Source: Spironucleus salmonicida (Eukaryota). From it: a DNA stretch of 64,000 nt. Of this stretch, positions 35,033 through 48,964 are shown piece after piece. The notes beneath the pieces were generated by a model. The model was not told the DNA's origin, did not search any database, and was given only the letters and a program-made list of their open reading frames with translations. The stretch is from NCBI RefSeq assembly GCF_000497125.1, contig NC_090600.1:1261197-1325196 (forward strand), given 5' to 3'. Position numbers and translations under genes: made by a program. Numbering within the stretch: the stretch's first letter is position 1; the number at the start of each line of letters is the position of its first letter.

Positions 35033-36940
35033 ATGAATGAAGATTCTATGTAAATTTCAATTCCAGTAAATTAGGTATTAGACGCACATGCATAGCAGGC
35101 TATAATATAAAAATAGGCTTCGCATCTAGCAGCATAACGTTTTCTTTAAACAAACAATGCCCGTCCTACAAAATTGTTACTGTAGCAAACATAAGCATTT
35201 ATTAAGAAGTAGTATCCTAAACCTTAAATCGAATAAAAATTTATTAATGATGAATATATTGCAAGCATTTCATTTAAATAAAAAAATAGTTAAAAGAATT
35301 AAAAAGAACTGCCACATATTGATACAAAGCCTTCACCAATTCGAAAAACTATTGGACAGCAAAAGTCAATGCTCTAATAAATTTATGATATCGACAAGCA
35401 ACCAAAACCAGAAGTTCCAAAAATATGTTAACTTAATTATCATGATCAATAAAATGGGAGAATTTCTGGATTTCTGCTTTAAACTTTAGCATTGGATAAC
35501 AAATTTGACGAAACTGAAACGGAGAAGAACTAATTAAATTATTAGCAAATAGGGACCCAAGATTAAATTATAATGTAAGAGATTTAGTAAAAAGTTAGTT
35601 AAGTAAGTTAAAATGACACAGTTTGGTGTGTTGGTGGACTTTCTATGTTTGAAATTTTAAATCGATTCATAATGAATTAGTAAAACCCTATATTACAGCT
35701 GAAGAAACCAATTGCTCCATTTAACGAAAGCAGATAAAAAGTTGTATAATTAGCCAAAAAGATAACCAAAGAAAAAATTATAGTCTGTGAATAAATAATA
35801 GATAAATATAGTTATATTTGTTTTCCCGTGTTATTTAATGATATATTTCCTAACTTATTTTACTAAGTTTTGTAAATTTTTGAAATTGAGGAATAGTTTT
35901 CAATTAATTAATATTTTAAGATGAGAACTCTGAAAAAGTTTAAAGATTTAAACTAAAAATAGGAAATATAAGATATGGTATAGGAAATTAAAAAAATTAT
36001 CATAGATAAATTTTAAACCGATGTTGACTAGATAATTAAAGATATAATTGAATTAGGATATGTGAAGTTATAATCATAAGCGGGAGTTATTTTGAAGAGT
36101 TATTATGATAAAAATATAAAAATTTAAGCTCCAACAAGTATTAATAGCAATGATTTCGTTACTTGCTCTATGGATGAAAGGTTAGAAGTCGATACCTCAA
36201 TTTTAGATGTTCTTAGATATTTAGAAGGCTTTAATACATCATTTTAATTCAAAAATATATCACCTTAAAAAATTATATCTAAGCTGATATCAAAACCAGT
36301 CGCAGAACTGGCTCTTATTATGTCTTAAATTTTCGAATTTTACTATATTGGCCCATTAGATCAGGAAGCCTATAACTTGTAATATTCCTTGAAATCTTCA
36401 TTCAACGAAAAACATACAACATCAGCAGCCCAGAAAACCATTACACTTATTTAAACCTTCAAAGATTAAAACTAAACAACCCCCTTTTAGCTTCTAACCG
36501 AGGCGATTGAAGACACTTAAATCTACAATATGCACTCCCATAAAGACTTAATAACAAAACTAAGGGAGAAACTTGAAGAAATTTAGTAAATAAAAACGAC
36601 TAATATAGCATCTAATATTGGTTCCTCGAAATTTGTTAAATTTTTAGTTGATAATAACACTCCGCAGTCGCTGTCACCATAGCGCTTTCGTGAGGTCAGA
36701 ACGGATTTTTTGAGTAAGTATACTCCAACCCAGCTCTCAAATTCTTAACTTGCTAAGGAGCTTCCATATTGTCTTTTAGCTAGTATTGTGGCAAGCATTA
36801 AAGCTGTTGAAGAGAAGTTCGCTGTCGTATTAAATAGTCAAATAGGACGAATTTTAGAGTAAAAATTCGTGGATTAAATCTGGAAAATAGTTGATCGATC
36901 AGGTGTATTAAAGCGGAGTTTAATAGATTTGTATGGATGA
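35033..36940 (+). CDS. Hypothetical protein, 635 aa
   Basis: Long table-6 ORF MNEDSMQISIPV...LIDLYG. Confidence 0.78.
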
Positions 36941-37411
36941 TTATTAAAGATCATTATGATTTAGAATATGTGTTAATTACTAGTTAATTTTACAGTTACT
37001 GCACTAATTGGTGTATTTTTAAACTATTCATTTAGTAGTAAGGATAATTTAATAGATTCTTAGTATTTTTAGAGAAAGTTATAGAAAATATTTTAATATA
37101 TTTTTTATCTGAGATATGCTAATATAGTTATTACAGTAAGTTATTTTGTTCATATATGGATTAGTATTCTTTATATAACATAGTTATTCTTAATAATTTG
37201 TAATGTGATTAGCTAATAGAAATAATATGTGGTGGCTAAATTTGAAGTTATAGATTAAACTACTTTCTACTAACATCCAGTATGATTGATTTATATTATT
37301 TAATATTTTAGTAAGTATTCAGATAAATATCAAAATAAATACACTATTAGATTTTATTATACCGTGCTTACTTAATAAAGAGAACTGCGAAGATTAAATG
37401 AAGTAATAAAC

Positions 37412-37735
37412 TCAATCAAATTTTATTGTCTATTTTTATGGAATTATTGCTGCTTGTTATACTACAAAGTAATCACTACTCTTATAAACTGGTAGGTCAA
37501 GGTCATAAAAATCGGTAATTTTTAACTTTGGATCAAAATAAAAATACTCTTAGTGCTTACTCATTTCGTTAAATGCTTTGTATGCTTTGTGTTATTTTTC
37601 AAATTATTGCCCATCTGGAGTTACCCAAAGGTTACCTACTCGCTTAACTCGTGAAAATGCTTTTTTACGGAGTTCTTGGGTGCTGATTGTTGTTTCATTT
37701 AAATAAAAATCTGAAACTTTGGGTACAAATGACAT
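37412..37735 (-). CDS. Small hypothetical protein, 107 aa
   Basis: MSFVPKVSDFYLNE...WVTPDGQQF... Confidence 0.55.
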
Positions 37736-37856
37736 TTTTGTGTTTTAAATCTGAATTATGCTAAGATAGGAGTTGAACTTATCCCTTTATAATTAAAAAA
37801 AAACTCACACTAAGCTATGAATATAATTAATTATTTCCAATAAAGTTTATTTATAA

Positions 37857-38948
37857 TCACTTTCGGGTTATTCTGCAACAACCTTTTGGCAAACCAGATT
37901 ATGGCGCCTTTATAATATTTGTTAAGTCAACAAAATCAGAACTAACTGGGTTTGGAATTATCTCACCATTGATAACTCTATATTCTACCTTAAAATCATA
38001 TTTCCACTTTTCCACATCATTTTTACAAGACCTGGCAAACTCCGCATAGTTAATATTTAATGTTATTTTATCTAATAAATGCTCATCGCGTTCTGGGTAT
38101 TTAATTCTACTATCAATTGAAAATACTGGGAATGGAATTCTGTCTAATGGTAAATACGGAATATCATCTAAAGTATTCTCATGCTTCTACTTTTACATGT
38201 TAGGTTATTATTTTGGCTTGGCTTAATACTAAGTATCTAATTGACCAAATGGTGAATGCAGTTATGATGAATCTACAGGTTAGCCCACAGGTGATAAGAT
38301 TTATGATTTACCTAAATTATCATTTAAAAACTCAATTTCTACAGTACGATTACTATTCTACAGCTCTGGTGAAAGTGGGGGTTAGTTAGATGGTTAGGTA
38401 ATTTATCCTGTAGGTAATAACTATTTTCTGTCAATTTAATTTATCATCTACTATTGATATTTTTCAGTTAAAGAAAGTTATTTTTTTTTAATATGATCCT
38501 ATTCACCATTTTATATTTTCTCTGATTATTGGTGAATAATTTTAATTGGGCCCGAACTTAATGCAACAGACAAGGCCGGGACTTATTCTGGTGACTTTAT
38601 TTGCTTGTGAGTTGAATCAAACCTGGCCGTTAAAGCGGCTAATTTTTCTCCTAATGGAGAAAGCTATTTGATATGTGGTGGTATACTAGGAGTATTCATA
38701 ACAAGCGGAATCTCACATTCTTATGATAAAGATTTATCAATTGTGTCTTATTGTATTTCATTAACTTATTAATTGTTCTGATATGCCTATGGAGATGTCG
38801 AAAGTATACTTGCGCGCTTAAGATCAATTTCAGGATTTCCACTATCAAAATCATTCCCATATGCATTATGGGAATAATTAGACATTGAACTAAATGCATT
38901 TATTTCATTTTCTAAATCATCATAATCATCAGCATCTGAAAATTCCAT
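37857..38948 (-). CDS. Hypothetical Pro/Ser-rich protein, 363 aa
   Basis: MEFSDADDYDDLENE...; ends AAGTGA. Confidence 0.75.
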
Positions 38949-38965
38949 TTAAAAATATTAAATTA

Positions 38966-38987
38966 ATATATATATATATATATATAT
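38966..38987. repeat. (AT)n microsatellite in a 43-bp divergent intergenic region
   Basis: Lies between ATGs at 38948(-) and 38992(+). Confidence 0.85.
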
Positions 38988-38991
38988 TAGT

Positions 38992-39819
38992 ATGAGCATT
39001 CTATAAATGTTCTTCAAATAGCCACCCACATCTCAGCCTTTCATTCCCGCACCCCCACTTCCAATCTTAGATTTTGCGCTCAGTGTATCATTTTATTGTT
39101 AAAATCTTAACCTTATAATAGTTCAAACCCCATTTGCCACATTTCTATTATCAGCGTTATATGGGCTTCGTGGTGGACTACTTCCTGCTAAATGGCACCC
39201 ATCTCAAGCTCTATTATCTCTCACAAATGATCCACTTTTTCTGCCAAAGTAAGACTTTAAATAAATGTAAGTAGATCCACAGATACTTGAGGCACTGGCT
39301 ACATAATTACAATAAAGACATTAGGGCTATTTTCTTGTTAAAAGATGCATATCGCCTATTATTAGTTCAAATAAATCTAAATTATATCAAAAATCATCAA
39401 ATTCATAGGTTTTACTTATAGAAACAGAAGACTAAGTACAGACATTTGAACTTTAAGAGTATTTTCAAAACTAAATTTTATGTCTTATTTTAGTTGTTTA
39501 GAAAATAAGCAAGACTGCAAGCGAAGTTGACTTAAATTTATAATAATTTTACTCAGAAATTAAAAAATAAAATTAAAACGAGAAATTAAATATAAATCAA
39601 AAATTTGACTATGTTAAAATTGAGGCATTTTATAGGTCAAAAAATGCAGATTCAGTAAAATAAGGTCCTTATTATATGAAGCATGAGATGATATGGAGTC
39701 CAACTGTGGAAGAGTTTATTCAGTAAAAATTAGAAAATGCTATTTCATATGAATATGCAATGCATATAGATGAAAAAATAGATTAGTATATAAAATTACT
39801 AGGTGAGAAGCATAAATGA
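38992..39819 (+). CDS. Hypothetical protein, 275 aa
   Basis: Table-6 ORF MSILQMFFKQPP...LLGEKHK. Confidence 0.72.
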
Positions 39820-39821
39820 TT

Positions 39822-40562
39822 TCACTTTACATATACATCTCCTTTTTCTAAAATTATAATGTCTGATTCGATTTCAGCCATTCTTCTTTCTAACCACATC
39901 TTTCTATCTTTTTAACCAAAAGTCTCAACAATAGATTTAGTAGTACTGATGTATTCTGCGTTCAAATCTTTCCAATTCTGCTTCAAACCTTACAATAATT
40001 CCTCCCTTTCATATTCGGAAAGTTTAAGAGCCTTTTATCTTTATGGTCTTCTTGATTGTTCAAACTCGCGTAAAGATTATTATTCCTCAGATATTTGGGA
40101 TTAAACAGTCTTTAAATAAGCAGGGTTATTTCCAAATTCTTTGCGTTCTGTCCAATCAACTTCAAGTCTTTTATTTGCTTTAGGTACCATAAGAGTTGCA
40201 CGTCTAACATTAGCCTTTATAAAATCAGCGTTAGATTTTAATCCATAAACAGGCTTATCGCTTTAGGCAGGAACTGGCTCTCTTCTAGGTAAAGGGTCTT
40301 GGTAATGCCATTCTCTAGGATCAGCTAGACCAGGATCTCCAGAACGTTTAATAGTCCATTGAGTTGCGTCCGGTTTAAATGCGCCATCTTTCAGTCCTAA
40401 AGTAGAGTGGTTTCCAGCATGATCAAAATGTTCACGGACTGTTTTCTCATGATAAATTGATTTATAATACTTCTTCTTCTCTGGGGTATCATTTATACGG
40501 TCATATGCACGGTGTTCGTTTATGGTATCGATTAATTCAAGCTTATTGATGGTATCGTTCAT
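39822..40562 (-). CDS. ENKUR: Enkurin-family flagellar protein, 246 aa
   Basis: FIKANVRRATLMVPK, FGNNPAYL, LSEYEREELLQGLKQNWKDLNAEY, LERRMAEIESDIIILEK; ends AAGTGA. Confidence 0.85.
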
Positions 40563-40690
40563 TTTTGCGGAATGCTTTGGAATGAGAAATGCGGAATAAG
40601 ATTTGCGAATATTATATATATTATAATATCAATGTTTTTATTACGTATTTATCCTAATAAATCTTTATAATAGTATTATGCGCTCAAAAA

Positions 40691-41524
40691 ATGTCTGTTC
40701 TCCTAAATCTAGAAATCGTAATATCTCCAACTTAGAAAGCCGTATTACAGGTATAAGAGAATAAGACTCCAAAATAATTAGCTATTAATTTTGTAGACTA
40801 GTATTAACTTAACCTTAACATGATAAATCCACTTGCAGTTTATATTAGTGAACAGGTATAATTACTAGATATTGAATCAAGTAATTAAGATTTTTACGAG
40901 TATAGTAGTACTAGTAGTGTTGAATAGCCTACAGCTAAAGAGTAATTAGCTTATTCTCGGAAATTAGCAAACCTAGATTCAACAAGTAAACCAAATATTA
41001 TTTTAATTAATTAGCAAGATAAGTAAAAATAACATAAGAATGCGAATTCAATGGCATTTAATAGATTATACGCAGATGCTATCAGAAGAAAGTAAAAAAA
41101 ATTACACTAGAATTCACCAAAAAATAAAAAATTAAATCTTAATATTACTTAACAAGACTTTATTTATGAAAAATCTGTTAATTTCTTATAGTAAAAAGAA
41201 GAAAAACTTTAATTCTTGAGAAAATAAGTAGAGTCAGAAAGATAACGTAAAATATAAGAAGAAATGGATTAGTGCACTTTCTAACCTATTATTACTGGTA
41301 AAGCTTAATTAATTATGCATTAAAAAGATGTATTTTCAAGATTGGCAGACAATGAATTTATGGAGACTAGAAAATAAGAAACTTTTTAGTAGGTTACTAG
41401 ACAGTCTAGAAAATAAGAGACATTTAAACCATAAATTAATTATAATTATCCAAGATGTAAGTCCAGAGTTAGATAAGACTAAAGTACTTAGAAAAAGCCA
41501 TTATAATATACAATATTTGAGTGA
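40691..41524 (+). CDS. Hypothetical protein with CTFxPxI / FxRL repeats (likely cytoskeletal), 277 aa
   Basis: AFNRLYADA, EMDQCTFQPII, VFSRL, TFKPQIN; ends GAGTGA. Confidence 0.72.
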
Positions 41525-41535
41525 ATTATGAATTT

Positions 41536-42297
41536 TCACAGGAATTTTGATAGTTGTTCTTCAACAAACTCTTTCGATCGATCCCTGAGATAATCATTAT
41601 GAAGATAGTCCACCATATTTATTCTAGTAAAACGACCCTCATTTTTCATTTAATCAAGACCTAACATTTGGAATTCTTCAAGATCTTCTGCATCTACAAT
41701 AGTACCATTTTTATTATAAAAACCATGCTTTCCTGTTTCTGGAGGTTATAATATATCATCAGCTTCTGTCCAAAAACAAATATATTCTTATGCTTTAATT
41801 TTTACATCCATAATTTAAGTAATAAAACCTTTCTAAACACTTAAATCTTATTTATAATCTCTCCATATATGAGCTGGTATCAAATTCTCTTAGTAGTAGC
41901 GACTATTCATCCTTTTCATACTCAGTAAAAATTTTGGAATGCCAAAACAACCATTTTTGCAATAAAAACCTCCCTAAACTCCGCTTGTACTTATTAATTT
42001 TCGAATTTAGGGATAACCTGTTCTATCTCCATATAGTTAGCTGTATGCTCTAGCAAAAAATCCCCCTAAAGAATGCCCTATAATGTCAACACATCCCTGT
42101 TCTTTTTGTATTTACTTTGATATTTCTGTTAAATAATAACTGGGATCTTCAAAAATAGTCGAAAGTGGCCCCAGTAATATAGGTATTGACCGTATCTTTC
42201 TATCAGGATATTGTTGCTCTAAATTGTTTTGTAAGGACGACATAGAGAGCGTAGATTAAAGCATACCATGTATTAAAATGATAGTACAATGTTTCAT
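41536..42297 (-). CDS. Palmitoyl-protein thioesterase-like alpha/beta hydrolase, 253 aa
   Basis: IILIHGM, IIGHSLGGFFARA, LISTSGVQGG, PAHIWRD, DDILQPPET, LGLDQMKNEGR. Confidence 0.85.
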
Positions 42298-42370
42298 TTT
42301 GTTATGTTCATAAAGTTCGTAAATTTATCAAAGCTTATCATGAATTAAAATTAAAATACAATTTCATACG

Positions 42371-43333
42371 TCACTCACCACCAACAAAAATTTATCCTCT
42401 AACACCATCCCTTCCTTTATGAAAATCCACAGCAAAAATAGATTTTTCAAGACAAACATTTTAACTGCTAATTCCTTATATCGAAATTACCTCATTGAGT
42501 TTTGTCTCCAAGTATCCTTTAATGACATCATTACTGATAACATAAACATTATGATTATCTACGTAAAACGACAAGCCTCCAACACTGATTCCTCTGCACG
42601 GTTTTAATTTATTCTTGTTACTAAAATCAACAGGTTATACAGATTCGCAAACTTTTTAATCGATTTTGACAAAATAAATTGTGCTACTAGAGATAATAGA
42701 GAAAATATTATTTTCTAGTTATTAAATTTATTCTGGTATAAAATTCCTAGAAGTAATTTTTAGCTGATATTACTGTGCAGTCGTACCATCTATAGATAAT
42801 TAAACTTAACATAATGATGGAAACTATTTTTCATTAATCTACACGTAGCTTAAACACACTTATTAGTATTTAACAGCTATTGTAAAAACTGGGGGAATCT
42901 AGGATTTTATTGACAATACAGAATTTTTAAATGGTATTAACTAATCATCTTTGTAAGAGAATGATATTATATCATAATGTTAATCTTAGGAAGTAAATAG
43001 CAATGAAATATAAAGTTTGTTATCAAACTTTATACTTTCGGCCCAAATGAGATTAATATATTTTTTCTGATCTATATATTCCAGATTTGAGTTTATTTTT
43101 TTATATATTAATAAAATTCCATCCATAGAAGCCACTATGAGAATATCTCCATGAAATTTCATATAAAAGATGAATTATGCATCATTCGATTAATATACTT
43201 TACTATTAAAATGTATAAGCGATGAATTTAAAGTAACATAACATGGAGTATTTGATTCATAATGGTATGCAGCGCAGCGTATTTATGTATTAAAATTTGT
43301 CAAAGAAATTTACATTTTATTTAGCTCAGCCAT
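42371..43333 (-). CDS. Hypothetical beta-propeller-like protein, 320 aa
   Basis: Table-6 ORF; LIVASMDGILLIY; ends GAGTGA. Confidence 0.7.
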
Positions 43334-43842
43334 TTTCTTAATTAACTAACCAATTAATTAATTTATTATTATTTTATAATATGAATATAATAAAATTAAT
43401 AGGGTAATTATTACATATTACTCCTGTACTATATGTTAATGAAGATAATCCGTTAGTATTAAGGTACGTTTAATACAAATATATAGTAAACTAGTGTGGC
43501 TCAGAATAAAGTTTTAATAACCTAAAGGAATAAAGATTCTTATAAATAAAAAATTATTATTTGTGCCAATTAGTTCATTCATATATCATAACTTTAGATA
43601 AGCCATTATTATAGAATTATCTTTATTCGCATGTATTAAATGTATATTGTTACATCATATTTACTTGAGCCATGTATTTTTTAAAATATAATATTAGTAT
43701 TTACCCAAATTTTACAAATAATATAAATTGATAATATCCTGCTTGTAAACTTCGATTTTATAAGTATTTCACTATTAATAATCCAGTTTCATATTATTTA
43801 ATATTATATTATATAGTATATTATAAGTTTACTCTATATTAA

Positions 43843-45558
43843 ATGATTGGTAAACTACTTTAGAATATTAAGGATCAGTTAGTTCCTTAATAAACTTTTG
43901 ATATTAACTTAATTACATCATAATTAAAAGAAATACATTAACCAACGTTTACTAACTATTCCAAAATTTTGCAAACATTATAGACAACAAATAATTATCT
44001 TAAATCTGAATCCTTTCATAATAAAGAATATTTAATATAAGAAATAATAGGAACTGAATTTTTAAACGTATTTAGCTAAAGAAAATTCAATACAGTAGTC
44101 AATCCAATATTATAGAGATGCTTAGATCTTCTCTAATTTTATTCAAGCTAAGAATTTTATGATTATATAAATAATTCAATACTCTAAATATAAAGGCACC
44201 ACCCAGAGAATATAGAACCATTACCTTTATTATTAAAATCCATAAAGATCAAGATCAACTCTTCTATAGGTAATATTAAACTTCCTTATACCATACAAAA
44301 AGATGTACTAGAGCTTCTTATTACTTATTCTGGAGTATCATAAGAGACTAGATAAATTATTAACTAGTATCCTTATTTTTTTAATAAATACCTTCTTCTT
44401 TAGTAATTTTAAGCGGGTCTAAAGGGTGAGGTTATAACATTAATCGACGAATCATAAGACCAGACCATATCAATTTTCAATATAACAGATATTCTAAACA
44501 CAATGTTCCTTCTTCAATACGATAGGAACCTTATTTTTTAATCAATAAAAGATTTTATAATTGAGAATTTAGTCAAATTTATTACTTCTTAGTGCTATAA
44601 GAATAATACATTAATAAATCACTCTTTTGCAGCGGATCTAATTTACTTACTAGCAACTATCCTCAATCTTACTCATCAAAACGATATCACGCTATTCCTA
44701 AAACTTGTTATACTTATTTATCCCCAAGTTGATGGTTTTTACGTAGAAACCAAAATTATGTTTTACGATAAATCCTTCTCATTTTCTCCAATTTAGTAGC
44801 TCATATTAGATCTCCTAACGACCCCATTAGATCAATCCATCCCATTAAGCCAGCAATTACGCCTGAAAAATACTATTTTTGTCTTAATTATACAAATCAT
44901 TTCTGCAACACCAAACTAGTCTACGACCTTTGAAACGTTCTAAGACCTCGCGTTAACGGAGACTTCACGTGGCCTCATAGTTAAAAAGCGCTCAAAAAGC
45001 CTCGAAATGAATGCGGATTTGCTACAGAATGCGCACCTTTTTAGGATGGCCCAAATTTCCGCTGGGATGCCCAGATTCGAGCTTGTGAATAGTGAAATCG
45101 CTAATCCAAACCCATTCGTTTTCGAGGCGCTGCAATAGTTTCTTGGACTCTTTACGATGCTCAAAAATAATGACTTCTGCGGTGACGACGCGCAGGTGAG
45201 CTATTAGGAAGGTGGAGAATAGTAGGAATTAATTTAGACATCTTTTCGGGTTGAAAATGATTGTATTTTGCAAGTGAAAGCTACGTACTTGAACTACAGA
45301 CAATTCGTAGGATTTTTGGTTTTAGCGAATCCACACTTTTACGATCAGATTTGTGCTATTTGCAGCGTAGTTGAGGAAAGTGTTACAAAAATGTCTGCAC
45401 ACGTCGCGTTCTTGAAGGCAAATGGGGTGGGGTTCTTTGCGAAAATAAGTTTCTTTGACGAGTTTTAGGCGATTTTAGATAGTGTGGTGGACGGCAGGGA
45501 CGAACGGGCGGCGATGGTGACGGGGTGGCTCCTATTGTGTAAGAAAAATGGCTAGTGA
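43843..45558 (+). CDS. Hypothetical helical protein, 571 aa
   Basis: Table-6 ORF ending TAGTGA; includes supplied ORF 45268-45468. Confidence 0.78.
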
Positions 45559-46479
45559 TCACTTGGAAATCATTTAATTTTTGTGGTTTACGAAGTACTC
45601 CATCATGCTTCTTGCAATTGTCTTTTTGCTTCTAACTGTCCATTCTTCAGTTAAAATATTACTATCTACTCTTTCTGCTGCCACGCGCCATTATTCCTCT
45701 GTCACCCATTTATAGTCTGTGCATTCTACTGTTATTTGGCATTCAAACTCTTCATTAACTTCTATCCAATATGGAATCATTAACGACATATACGTCCCAG
45801 GCCATGGCTGGGAACCTTATAATTATTCAATTCTTTTTATATACTTAGGGTCAAACCCGATTTCCTCTTAGAGTTCTCTTAAAACAGCATTTTCAAGTGT
45901 CTCAATAATTTCAACAAATCCACATGAATGAGTATACAAAGTAGAATGTCTATGGCATAGTAGCATCTTATCGCCACATGTTATCATCATAATAACAGAT
46001 GGCTAAATTTAGGGATAAACTTCCTTTTTGCATTAATTGCAATACAAAAATACCTATGTGGAATTTAAAAACACTAGCTTTTACCCACATTGAGAACAAA
46101 ACTTAACTGTCTGATGAAACTTTGCAATAGATAGTGATAATGCTGGTATTATAGTGTTAGTAACATCAGGAGAATCAATACAAAGAAATTATTTAGTAAA
46201 TACTGCATTAGTTTGTACAGAAAAAATAGGTACTTCAAGTTAAAATCCTAACAATGCTGCTTAACTGAGTTCTGTTTCACTAATATGCGTCTTAACATCT
46301 TATAAGCTAAATAAATACTACTAATCTTATTACTAAATATGAAGATTTTTTTCATTAATGAAAACAAATAATGTTTTGGGATCATTTATTAGATTTTACC
46401 TTGTCTACTATGTTATATCACGGTGTACTCTTTCTATATCGTTTAAAACGAAATAATAATCTTTATCTAATACTTTCAT
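45559..46479 (-). CDS. nudC: NADH pyrophosphatase (NudC-type Nudix hydrolase), 306 aa
   Basis: KFCSQCG...CNQC..EVYPQIQPSVI zinc ribbon; Nudix box GFVEIIETLENAVLRETQEEIG; SQPWP. Confidence 0.92.
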
Positions 46480-46525
46480 TTTATGAAATAGTAAGTATAC
46501 AGTAATAGACTTAATAACTTAAATA

Positions 46526-47011
46526 TCACTTTGTATACTTCCATCTATCAATTTTATTTATTCTTGAAGCTTATATTGATTTTTAATTCTTAAATTAACT
46601 TCTAACTTCGCAACTATAATCTCCATTTTCTGGTCTCAAGTCATCTAAATAACTTTTTCTAGCAATATGTTAAGTTGCTGGGAGACTGCAATATCTAGAA
46701 TTAAAAAAATCAGCACCCGATTTTATTAGCAATCCATATTTTTTAGAATAATCAGCACTTTAGAAAATAGAAAATCTAGCTTCTGGTAGTAAAGATTCAA
46801 ATATTGGAGCGGCCTTATGTGGAAATTTAATATGCTAATATCTTGCAGGCGAGGTAATATTTGGTAAAGAGAATGGTATTCTAGAAGATTATTTAACTGG
46901 TTAAGAGTGTTATAACAATTTTTTTGTTGGTTTATTAATCGTAGAGTAATAATGTTCAGAATAATTATCAGTAAGAGTAACAATTGGTAAAACAGGAGTA
47001 TCGAGTTCCAT
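46526..47011 (-). CDS. Hypothetical basic protein, 161 aa
   Basis: Table-6 ORF ending AAGTGA. Confidence 0.68.
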
Positions 47012-47401
47012 AATAAAATCATACTTCAAATTATTATATTGTTAATGAAATAAATCTCAGTTCTAGTTTTTCTTTTTAAGAATGTTTATGATTGAATTTA
47101 ATAACATTATAAAATAAATGCTTTATTATACTTATTAATAAAAATTCTCATATGTTATTGGCATGAAGACGAGTTTCAACACAATTGTATATAGCTTACT
47201 ATTTAAGCCGAAGAATTCGTTAATACCTGTATTAGTAATAAATATACTATTAGTATTCAATTCAAGATATGTCACTAAACTCAAATTGTATATGGCATAA
47301 TATTTATATTTTATAATATTATTTTACAATGATTATCATTACTAAATAAGTAAATATTACTTTATATTAGAATAATATAGTATATATTTTTTGCTGACAG
47401 A

Positions 47402-48964
47402 ATGCTATTATAAGTAATAGCATTTACTTGCTACTAATCAACAGGAGATGCTATACTATAAAATTAAACGAATGATGCTTCTATTAAATTATTAATTAAT
47501 CATGCTTAAAATGATAAAGATCATGAAATTTGCCATGCTATGGTTTACTCTTCAGCAACTTTGACACTTATAGTCGGTTTATTTTAATTTAGTGGCTAAT
47601 TTTAATTTGATGACACTGATTTAATGCTTAATCTAAAAAAAGTTAATGAATTTGATATTGTAGATTTATAATCATTTACATTAGCCACTTATCAAGTTAG
47701 TTTTGATGATTCAGATTTGATATTTGAAGATTCTATCTCCTAGTTATACTGGAAAGCCTATGATGATGAAAATTGCTTTATAGATGCATTTTTTATATAT
47801 GAAACTGAAAAAGAGTTTGGTGTTAAATTTATTTCTAACCCTGTTTGTGTCCCTAATGGAACTGGGGATATTACTCTTATTTTGTATTTAAATGGTGTTA
47901 TTATTCTTTAAGAAACAATGCCAGTGGTGGGGTTTGATTTTGCATCTATATCTTATTTTTTTAAAACATGCACCGACGAAGATTTTAGTTGTAAAATGAT
48001 TTCATTGAATATAGGACAAGATTTAGTAGCAAATGGAGAATTAACATTTATTATACCGTAAGCTTTTACAATTTAAGCCGATGATTTTGATGAGAAAGAT
48101 GGTACAACTATTTCTGTCCCTGTTGATATCATTGTACCAAAAATTTATAATAAAAAATTTTCAGCACGTTTGACACCAGAAGCAGACTGTTATGAATATT
48201 TAAACATAGAATTAATGAAATATTAGTTTATTATATATGGGACATAAGGTTTATAAACTGAGTGCAATGACAAGCTTCTTGACAACCTAGCACCTGGTGG
48301 AAGTTTAGCAATTTAGATTATAATAAATTCTGATTAAAAGATATTTTCTATTGAAAAAAGATATGAATCTTTAGATTTTACAAATAGCAGATTTTTTATT
48401 GTGTGTGATGAAGAGTGTAGAGATGAAATGGATTATTATCATCATTAAGATAATCTAGAACTTCAGGTTGGATTTATAATATATACTTAATAAAATACTT
48501 ATAGAGGGGCTATTAGATATCCAGCCAATTTTAGTAAAAATCAATATATTGATGGTAATATCTAAGTTTTTGATTCTATGGTGCTAATTAAATTATACCA
48601 ATCCTATTATAATTATAAAGAAACGCAATCTATACGCGAAGTATATTTAAGAACATATTCTACAGTTGTTAATTTTGATAAACGTAATCCAGACTTTTCT
48701 TTTACTGTAACAATATTATTTCCAAACGATCAAGATGAATATTACTTCACTGTTGATCATACATTTTTTAAAAAAGCTATTATTAATGACTATATTGTTT
48801 CTTTAGAGGTAGGGGACTAAATATTTATTGCATCAACTAATTCTATTTAAATGTAAAGAGATGACTTTCTTTTATTATACATTGTACCAGTCATTGTAGG
48901 TGTATCAGTTAGCTGTTATTGTTTAACTATTTATTTACTGAAACGCAACAATGATGTAGACTGA
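47402..48964 (+). CDS. Type I membrane/surface protein, 520 aa
   Basis: Short signal MLLQVIAFTCY, spaced Cys repeats, C-terminal TM FLLLYIVPVIVGVSVSCYCLTIYLL followed by KRNNDVD. Confidence 0.8.
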
